A stretch of DNA of 62,943 nt, counting the filler, from Octopus bimaculoides (taxonomy: Eukaryota): assembly GCF_001194135.2 (NCBI RefSeq). It is 3 parts of 3 records of this genome, joined end to end, with 100 filler letters (N's around TTAATTAATTAA, not from the genome) between each part and the next. Parts side by side here need not be neighbours in the genome. Positions count along the whole stretch, not along the records: positions 51,582 to 62,943 come from NC_068998.1; 2 more parts are not named here. The stretch is one strand, 5' to 3'. The notes beneath the pieces were generated by a model, which was not told the DNA's origin, ran no database searches, and saw only the letters and a list, made by a program, of their open reading frames with translations. Positions 53,700 to 62,943 of the stretch are shown here, in pieces. The position numbers and the translations under genes were made by a program. How positions within the stretch are numbered: position 1 is the stretch's first letter; each line of letters begins with the position of its first letter.

Positions 53700-54024
53700 A
53701 AATCAAAGTAAAATGCTTTTTAGAAAGGTGTGTGAAGGATGTCACTGAAAGGAAGAGGTTGTGTTGAGTGGATCCTTGGCGTACGGCAAGGCCAAAAACA
53801 GTGAGGGGTGATGCAGAGTGGCCGGCCGAGCAAAAATGACGGACGATGGGGGCGTTTCTGTGTAGTCGGACGTTCCGTAGATGTTCCGTGAACCGCTCGG
53901 CTAGCCGACAGCCCGTCTCACTAACATGAAGATGGCTGCAAAGATTGCACTTGGATAGATTAAATACGATTGGAAGAAGTGCAGCAGGAGTTCCGGATGT
54001 AGAGGGTGTGCAGTTTAGATCCAT
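53700..54024 (-). mobile_element. Penelope-like element GIY-YIG endonuclease remnant
   Basis: KCNLCSHLHVSETGCRLAERFTEHL...PIVRHFCSAGHS...VFGL resembles CxxC..YIGETGRxLxxRFxEH...HFN..GHS of PLE endonucleases. Confidence 0.75.
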
Positions 54025-54035
54025 TGATCGAAGTG

Positions 54036-54093
<58 letters not shown>

Positions 54094-54485
54094 TCTACGT
54101 ATGCNNNNNNNNNNNNNNNNNNNNNNNNNNNNNNNNNNNNNNNNNNNNNNNNNNNNNNNNNNNNNNNNNNNNNNNNNNNNNNNNNNNNNNNNNNNNNNNN
54201 NNNNNNNNNNNNNNNNNNNNNNNNNNNNNNTGATGGGTTATCTTTATTATTATCTTTATCTTATGATATTTACTTAGTATTATATTATACTCATTTATTG
54301 TGCTTTTACTTATTAATTTTTCTATATGTGACAGTGGATTTTCATCGATGAGTTCATGAACCTTGGTTCTTTTCCCTAATACTATATATTTATATATATT
54401 TTACTCTGTAAAGCTCAATTTAATTTTAATTTTTTATAAATTGATTTTAATTGAGTTTTTGCATGTAATTTTTTGGATTTTGTCC

Positions 54486-54544
<59 letters not shown>

Positions 54545-54555
54545 TCTACGTATGC

Positions 54556-55300
54556 CCGACCTCACAAGCATGCTTTTCAAGAAGAAAATAATTATCTACC
54601 CTACAAGGATTAAAATTGCCCTTGATCTCTGCTTCATAAATAACTCAGCGCTCATCCATACTGTTAAGGTGACATCATCTATACTCTCGAACCATAACTT
54701 AATACTGCAAACAATGTATAGTCCACGGAAAACTGCAGACATGCAGGCTACAGAAGCACCTCATTCCTTTTCAATCTGAACTTCCATAAAGCTGACTGGA
54801 AAGGCATTGAGAAAGAGTTCATACAGCAAAACATGTCTACCAGTCTCTCTACATAAGACATTTACTTAAAACTACAGCACTTAATGCACGATGTATGCAG
54901 CAAGCTTACTCTAGAGAGAATGTCAAAACAACAGAGAAATACGACAACTTCCACAGATAAGAGGATTCTACTGAGACAACAAGCAAAAGTCTCAAGCCGT
55001 CTAAATGTGCCACTAAGGGATAACAAACGATTCTATCTGAAACAAACACTGATCGAGATCGAAAGTGAATTCAAACACTCCCATGAAAAAGAGAGGGCAG
55101 CAAAAGACAGGGTTGTCAAAAATATAACGACAAACCGTAACACGTATTGATTTTCAAAAGGATCTGCTTCATTACAGTAGAAGATAGGGCCACTGCATTA
55201 GGAAGACGGCAGACTGACTGCAGACCCCACAGAAGGTAAGTGAAATACATTAATGTGCAATACACGACTGTCTTCATAGCTCCATTGAGACATTTTCATT
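54556..55300 (+). mobile_element. CR1-like LINE ORF2 fragment (end of APE plus linker)
   Basis: PTRIKIALDLCFINN..SNHNLI, LNFHKADW, NITTN, KIGPL..EDGRLTADP..SEILNVQY.TVF, with stops and frameshifts. Confidence 0.7.
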
Positions 55301-55307
55301 TTAAAGT

Positions 55308-55471
55308 AAATCTATTAAAGATAAAATGGTATTTGTGGTCCCGATGAAGGGATATCCTATATTTTGAGATATCCCAGAAACAGCTGTAAGACTTAAATTT
55401 TTTAAATAATAATAACGTATATGGCCACAGTCAAATGACTGAAACAAGTAAAAGAGTAAAAGAGTAAAGTG

Positions 55472-55521
<50 letters not shown>

Positions 55522-55902
55522 TATGTACATATATACATATATGTGTGTGTGTGTTTGTGTGTGTGTGTTTGTGTGTGTGTGTTTGTGTGTGTCGGCATAT
55601 GTATGCATGCGCACAAATAATAATGTTAATTCAAAAAAAATTACCACATAGTTACTTACGGAAAATAATGAAGAAAATAAGGATAAGATATTTCATTGTC
55701 TAATTTAGTGTTGAAAACTTCATATCATGGCGACTTACACGAGGCAATTTCTTTTATAATTTACTATGATGTAACATGTGTTTCAGTTGATGCAACATGT
55801 TTCATCCATGACATCCTATACTAAAAACTTTGATATATGTGTGTACACGTACATAGTGAAAGAAATGAATATTAAATATACAATGTGTTCGGTCTACATT
55901 CA
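55308..55902 (+). repeat. Duplicated segment, copy 1 (copy 2 at 60718-61178)
   Basis: Colinear, roughly 85-90% identical by eye. Copy 1 carries an extra SINE B tail and an expanded microsatellite. Confidence 0.85.
55337..55393 (+). ncRNA. Hammerhead-like motif, U4-to-C variant (copy 1)
   Basis: ggtc CCGATGA a gggatatc...gatatccc a GAAAC agct GTA a gact. Palindromic stem III ACAGCTGT and a GUA triplet. Confidence 0.55.
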
Positions 55903-56309
55903 AAAATATATATATATGTAAAAATATATAAAACGTCTGATATCTTATAGGTCCGAAAACAATCGTCACTACGACCGGCCATAACTTTTAGCTTTCTAAT
56001 ATGTATGTGTGTGTTTGTGTGAGTGTTTGTTTGTGTGAGGGCGCGTGACCGAGCGGTGAAACTTCATAGGATCGCTAGATTGGGAGTTCGATTCCCTGAT
56101 CGTGCAGTGTGTTGTCTTCTTTAGCAAATAACTTCATTTCACGTTGCACCAGTCTCCCTTCCGATCCGGAGGGGGGGGGGAATTTTAGCTTCTGTATATA
56201 TTCATGTGTATATATTGTATATATGTGAATACTCAGAGATAATGTTAGCACATTGGAAGCTATACTGGAGCGATTTCATGAAACTAAAACTTTCTAAAAT
56301 ATAAATGAC

Positions 56310-56440
56310 TTACTCTTTACTCTTTTACTTGTTTCAGTCATTTGACTGCGGCCATGCTGGAGCACCGCNNNNNNNNNNGACTGAACCCGGAACCATGTGG
56401 CTGGTAAGCAAGTTACTTACCACACAGCCACTCCTGCGCC
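56310..56440 (-). mobile_element. SINE family B ends, collapsed across a 10-N gap
   Basis: Tail is left of the gap and head is right of it. Confidence 0.7.
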
Positions 56441-56669
56441 TCCGACTTGTTGCTACACAATTTCCTAATGCGACCATAATATACTAGAAAATGTAACAAA
56501 CGCTTTTATAAGTTAATACCGAATACAACTGTGTTAGCAATGTACTTGAATCACGTTTAGATCATGTACTACTATGTTAGCATTGCACTTAAATCATATG
56601 TTAAGGTCATGTCTAGAGATTTTCTACAGTTATTGCTATAAATCTACAGTAAATCTATGCAAAATATAG

Positions 56670-56790
56670 CCCAAAACTTCCGAAATATGGCATATACGCC
56701 CATTACTCATTTTTAATCTTCGATCTCATTGATTACATTTGAGGTCTCGGATACGAAACGTCGTAACAAAATCAGTCCTGGTTATAATTT
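56670..56790 (+). repeat. Truncated second copy of the hammerhead-bearing repeat at 14385-14560 (-)
   Basis: ccgaaatatggcatatac..attactcatttt..tcttcgatctcatt..tacatttga..gtctcg..aaaatcagt.ctgg aligns with the reverse complement of about 14390-14493. Confidence 0.7.
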
Positions 56791-58049
56791 CTCTTTATCA
56801 TCACCTGCACTATACCAATAGGGAAAGAAGACATTATTGTTTTCATTTAAGATTTGCTTTAAGAGAGCTTTTAAATACTGTCCTTATAGGAACATACATC
56901 ACGGTTTTACATATGAGGAAATTGTTATTAAAGCCATGCTGAAATATTTTCCAATACCTAGCGTAGAGTTTCATGAATNNNNNNNNNNNNNNNNNNNNNN
57001 NNNNNNNNNNNNNNNNNNNNNNNNNNNNNNNNNNNNNNNNNNNNNNNNNNNNNNNNNNNNNNNNNNNNNNNNNNNNNNNNNNNNNNNNNNNNNNNNNNNN
57101 NNNNNNNNNNNNNNNNNNNNNNNNNNNNNNNNNNNNNNNNNNNNNNNNNNNNNNNNNNNNNNNNNNNNNNNNNNNNNNNNNNNNNNNNNNNNNNNNNNNN
57201 NNNNNNNNNNNNNNNNNNNNNNNNNNNNNNNNNNNNNNNNNNNNNNNNNNNNNNNNNNNNNNNNNNNNNNNNNNNNNNNNNNNNNNNNNNNNNNNNNNNN
57301 NNNNNNNNNNNNNNNNNNNNNNNNNNNNNNNNNNNNNNNNNNNNNNNNNNNNNNNNNNNNNNNNNNNNNNNNNNNNNNNNNNNNNNNNNNNNNNNNNNNN
57401 NNNNNNNNNNNNNNNNNNNNNNNNNNNNNNNNNNNNNNNNNNNNNNNNNNNNNNNNNNNNNNNNNNNNNNNNNNNNNNNNNNNNNNNNNNNNNNNNNNNN
57501 NNNNNNNNNNNNNNNNNNNNNNNNNNNNNNNNNNNNNNNNNNNNNNNNNNNNNNNNNNNNNNNNNNNNNNNNNNNNNNNNNNNNNNNNNNNNNNNNNNNN
57601 NNNNNNNNNNNNNNNNNNNNNNNNNNNNNNNNNNNNNNNNNNNNNNNNNNNNNNNNNNNNNNNNNNNNNNNNNNNNNNNNNNNNNNNNNNNNNNNNNNNN
57701 NNNNNNNNNNNNNNNNNNNNNNNNNNNNNNNNNNNNNNNNNNNNNNNNNNNNNNNNNATACACGTACATCGTTGTAGTGACATCATATACACTTATATAT
57801 ATGCGAGTAATAGAGTTATAAGAGCATTTGCGAATAGTGCCTGGCTCCTAACCTGTAAATGGCAGAAAAGTTTGGTTATTCAAAGTTTTATATCGACAAA
57901 CATTTAATGTGATTTAGGTAAGCTATTTTACTTTGCTACTCTTAGCACTTCCATTAATATTCAATTAGACTACAATTTTTAGTGTGCTATGAGGATAAAA
58001 TGTATTAATAAGGCCCACACAAAATTTTATATGTTATTCATGAGGATAT

Positions 58050-58325
58050 ATTACGGTGTGAAGGTGAGGGGTTAGTGGTTACGGTATCCGGCTACCGATC
58101 GTAAGGTTGTGAGTTATTTATTTTATTTCTTGCTGGTCCACCCGATTGTCAAAAATGAGTAGTACTTGTATTTCAAAGGACCATCCCCGTCACATTCTGT
58201 GTCACACTGAATCTCCCTGACTGCTATATTAAGGGTTTACGTGACTATGAAGTGTTTTGCCACTTGCACGTTAAGTTGAAGAGCAAGCTGTCCCGTTGAT
58301 CGGCTCAACTGGAAACCTCGTGCAT
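58050..58325 (+). mobile_element. Diverged SINE family C copy
   Basis: Shares gtcac..ctgtgtcacactgaat..ccacttgcac..gttgatcggctcaactggaa.cctcg with 41962-42341. Confidence 0.65.
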
Positions 58326-60175
58326 GCTACATTTTTTTTACCGTATAATTCATGTTTCAAGATTCTTTTAATTAACTTACAAGGCGGTTTGTCTGGATTG
58401 GTATTCCTTGCTGAACATATCTGACATAGTCTGTTTATCTTGTGCTTATATGTTTTTTTTTATTATCTAACGTAAGTCTAGGTTTAATAGAATGGCTGTT
58501 AGATTCAATTTATGCTCGCTGATGCTACTAATTGTTGATACAGAATAACCAGAGCATACCGTGTCTTACAACTATTTCTCTTTCTCTGGGAATTACTGAA
58601 ACTGCTTCTATGGGATCCTTGTTCATTTGGAGGAACGTACATAATGCTAGTCTTCAAAATTTTCCTTTCGAATTCTTTCTCGTATTAAACAGCATCGTCA
58701 TTGAACATTTATTCGGTAGAATTTTATTTAAAATGGCTATATAACACCATCACAATTGTTTCATACTTCTTATTTAAAATGAATCATATTTTAGTAAAAT
58801 ACATTCGAAATATTACTGTAGGGAATAATTCTAGCGTATCCGTATTATAAATCTAGCATATCATTCTTTTAAGTGTTATTCCTATGCATTCTATAATATT
58901 CTGTGTATAACATAAGTTACACTATCCATAATGTTATTGTAACTATACGGTTTCATATTGCAATTTTCTACAATTGTCCTTATATCAGAACAATCTTTTA
59001 AAATCGTAGCGTAGAATGTATATTGCATATATTACATGTCTGACTNNNNNNNNNNNNNNNNNNNNNNNNNNNNNNNNNNNNNNNNNNNNNNNNNNNNNNN
59101 NNNNNNNNNNNNNNNNNNNNNNNNNNNNNNNNNNNNNNNNNNNNNNNNNNNNNNNNNNNNNNNNNNNNNNNNNNNNNNNNNNNNNNNNNNNNNNNNNNNN
59201 NNNNNNNNNNNNNNNNNNNNNNNNNNNNNNNNNNNNNNNNNNNNNNNNNNNNNNNNNNNNNNNNNNNNNNNNNNNNNNNNNNNNNNNNNNNNNNNNNNNN
59301 NNNNNNNNNNNNNNNNNNNNNNNNNNNNNNNNNNNNNNNNNNNNNNNNNNNNNNNNNNNNNNNNNNNNNNNNNNNNNNNNNNNNNNNNNNNNNNNNNNNN
59401 NNNNNNNNNNNNNNNNNNNNNNNNNNNNNNNNNNNNNNNNNNNNNNNNNNNNNNNNNNNNNNNNNNNNNNNNNNNNNNNNNNNNNNNNNNNNNNNNNNNN
59501 NNNNNNNNNNNNNNNNNNNNNNNNNNNNNNNNNNNNNNNNNNNNNNNNNNNNNNNNNNNNNNNNNNNNNNNNNNNNNNNNNNNNNNNNNNNNNNNNNNNN
59601 NNNNNNNNNNNNNNNNNNNNNNNNNNNNNNNNNNNNNNNNNNNNNNNNNNNNNNNNNNNNNNNNNNNNNNNNNNNNNNNNNNNNNNNNNNNNNNNNNNNN
59701 NNNNNNNNNNNNNNNNNNNNNNNNNNNNNNNNNNNNNNNNNNNNNNNNNNNNNNNNNNNNNNNNNNNNNNNNNNNNNNNNNNNNNNNNNNNNNNNNNNNN
59801 NNNNNNNNNNNNNNNNNNNNNNNNNNNNNNNNNNNNNNNNNNNNNNNNNNNNNNNNNNNNNNNNNNNNNNNNNNNNNNNNNNNNNNNNNNNNNNNNNNNN
59901 NNNNNNNNNNNNNNNNNNNNNNNNNNNNNNNNNNNNNNNNNNNNNNNNNNNNNNNNNNNNNNNNNNNNNNAGATATCATTTCTTGAATCGGTGGTAGTTT
60001 AAAAACAAATGGCGTCTATATTTCATTGTACAAGATGTTTTAATATATAAGTCAGATATTCTTGGTTCCATCGACTTGGTACCATTGCAATACAGCTAGC
60101 ATTTTGATAACGATATTCTATATTTGTCAATATAGAATGGCACACATTAATTATAATACATATACTCATAGTAAG

Positions 60176-60207
<32 letters not shown>

Positions 60208-60306
60208 GCTATCTATCTATCTATCCATCTATCTATCTATCTATCTATCTATCCATACATACATACATATATACATACATACATACATACATACATACAT
60301 ACATAC

Positions 60307-60406
60307 CTGCAGAATTTTTCTGTATCGGGTGTGGCAATAGTATTAAAGCTCTTAGCACAGAACTGTTTTGCCTTTTCTCTGCAAAGCACTCTAGATGCCT
60401 TGACAC
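60307..60406 (-). CDS. Candidate 100-nt exon; two frames open (VKASRVLCREKAKQFCAKSFNTIATPDTEKFC or VSRHLECFAEKRQNSSVLRALILLPHPIQKNSA)
   Basis: Acceptor cttctcattttttag| and donor CAG|gtatgt flank non-repetitive sequence. Reading frame is ambiguous. Confidence 0.4.
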
Positions 60407-60717
60407 CTAAAAAATGAGAAGTTCTGCTTAAAAATCTCAAAGTTTTGTAACAACGCGGTCACTTCTGTTTGTATTTACTAATTACACTTGGAAAAATATT
60501 TTTAAAATGAAAGCTAATGAACAACTTAAATGCAAAATGTATAAATGACTCTCTAGAAATTTTTTAAGAACTTACGCGTTATAATTGCCAATATTGCTTT
60601 AATTGCTATTGTTTGATATTTGAAATATATAAATTTATAGTATTAAATTTGTAATGTCTAAAAATTGTTAGATGAAGTAATAATAGATTCTGTATTTGGT
60701 GTAGAGAAATAGGATAA

Positions 60718-61178
60718 TTTTAAAGTGAATCTATTAAAGATAAAATGGTATTTGTGTTCCCGATGAAGGGATATCTCATATTTTGAGATATCCCAGAAAC
60801 AGCTGTAAGACTTAAATTTTTATAATAATAATAGCGTATATGTGTGTGTGTGTGTTTGTGTGCGTCTGCATATGTATGCATGCGCACAAATAGTAATGTT
60901 AATTCAAAAATAATTACCACATAGTTACTTACGGAAAATAATGAGGAAAATAAGGATAAGATATTTCATTGTCTAATTTAGTGTTGAAAACTTCATATTA
61001 TGGCGACTTACACGCGGCAATTTCTTTTATAATTTACTATGATGTAACATGTGTTTCAGCTGATGCAACATATGTTTCATCCATGAAATCTTATACAGAA
61101 ATCTTTGATATATGTGTGTACTCGTATATAATGAAAGAAATCAATATTGAATATACAATGTGGTCGGTCTACATTCAA
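60718..61178 (+). repeat. Duplicated segment, copy 2
   Basis: See 55308-55902. Confidence 0.85.
60756..60812 (+). ncRNA. Hammerhead-like motif, U4-to-C variant (copy 2)
   Basis: CCGATGA a gggatatctca-tattt-tgagatatccc a GAAAC agct GTA. Perfect 11-bp stem II. Confidence 0.55.
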
Positions 61179-61800
61179 AGTTTTTTATGCATCAATTTTT
61201 TTGCAGCATAAATTTGATGTATTTTTTACCATGCAACGTCGCAGGACAGTATGAAGATTAACGCTGTAACTGAGAAAATTCAGCTGACAAGGAGGAATGG
61301 ACGTTATCAGAATACTGATTTCAAACTTTGGGACAAGGCATGAAGTTTTGGTGGGTGGGAAAAAGTGTATCACATCCACCCCAGTACTTCACTTGTACAT
61401 ATTTTATCGAAACCGAAAGGAGCGAACACAAAGTCGCATTCAGCGGAATTTTATCGTCATCATCATCATTTAGCCTTTTGAACTCAGAATTTCCTCTCTC
61501 AATTTCTGTTTTGTCTTCTTTTATCTCTCTTTATTCTCTATACTTTTTCCCTTTCTTCGTTTTTCACTCTTCTTTTGACCATTATTCATTCATCCTTTCT
61601 GCATCACCCCGTCATAACAATTATATTTATGTTCTAACAATTAAAATCTAGTTTAGCAGGAAACAGTTTTTCATTGCGAAAGAAATACAAACGTGTGTCA
61701 GTGAATGCAAATCTTAATAGCCAATACAGTAAACATACCTAAAGAGCGATAAAGACTGCTATCAAGAGCATTGCTGCCAAAAACATTTTTAAGATAGAAA

Positions 61801-61872
<72 letters not shown>

Positions 61873-61983
61873 CTATATATAAATATTTATATATATAAAT
61901 ATATATATGTATTTATGTATATACTATATGTATATACTATGTGGTTCGTAAGCAAGCTACTTACCACACAGCCACTCTTACGC

Positions 61984-62028
<45 letters not shown>

Positions 62029-62339
62029 CATTTATGTATGAATGTGTGTGTGAAAGAGAATGGGGGAAGATAAAGAGTTAAGAAAATTTAATAGCTACCT
62101 TATTACTACCATTTTATCTATATAGATGAATAACAATAAAGATCTACAAGTGTAAATATTGAATATTTCATCGTGAATTTTCGTGTTTAATGCAGCTTCA
62201 TGTTCTTGCAGACATGCTATATGGTAATATCTTTAAACTTTTATTGATATGGAGTGAAAAATTCGGACATTATGAATATTTAATACTTGAGATATTTAAA
62301 CTTATTTTGTTAATTTGATTTCTTTTGTTTATATATATT

Positions 62340-62730
62340 TAAAGCAATTCCGCTAGCTGGCAGAATAGCCCGTCAGACGTCGCGTCAGATTTTACGTTCT
62401 GAGTTTAAATTCAGCCAAGATCGACTTTGCCCTTTATCCTTCGTTGTCGATAAAATAAGTACCGGTTGAGCACTGGGATCTACTTCTCCCCTTTCCCCGA
62501 ACTGTCCGGCATTGTGCCAAAATTTGAAATCAATATATATTTAAAAGAATTCTTCGATTTGGCGGATAAGTTCACAGACTGGACAAATTGTTTAGCGGTG
62601 TTTCGTTAGTATTTTCGTTGTAAGTTCACATTTCGCCCATCTCGATAAACCAAGTACCATTTGAATTCTAGGGTCCAGGGAAACGACTGAAGTTGCTGTC
62701 CTTGTGCCAAAATTTGAAACAGATACATAT
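62340..62730 (+). mobile_element. Two tandem diverged SINE family A copies
   Basis: Both end in ttgtgccaaaatttgaaa. Confidence 0.65.
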
Positions 62731-62906
62731 TTAAAGCAACTATCTATTTTTCCATTTTGTCTTTAAGACCTTAAAGATCGGGTGATACTTGCACACTTTC
62801 CATCAGATTATGGGTATACAATACGATTTAACATATGATAGGAATATGTGTTTACACGTACATAATGGAAATGGTTAATATCACACTCACTCACACACAT
62901 AAACAC

Positions 62907-62943
<37 letters not shown>

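Overview
AT-rich eukaryotic (animal) genomic DNA, almost entirely intronic or intergenic. About 7 kb is N-gaps, and the rest is dense in microsatellites and retroelement debris. The repeat families resemble those I associate with Octopus (inference). No complete gene, rRNA, true tRNA or CRISPR array is supported. Several short, splice-flanked, phase-compatible open frames suggest one large-intron, minus-strand gene of unknown product; the best exon pair is 9840-9927 and 1224-1411. Retroelements include at least three tRNA-derived SINE families (many copies, nested and tandem) and decayed CR1/L2-like, RTE-like, R4/Dong-like and CRE-like LINE fragments, plus a Penelope GIY-YIG endonuclease relic. 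The most striking unannotated signal is a set of minimal type I hammerhead ribozyme motifs of Penelope type. One has an intact core and all three helices (14472-14518, minus strand). Another forms the 3' module of a tRNA-headed, fold-back, SINE-like element (4651-5122).
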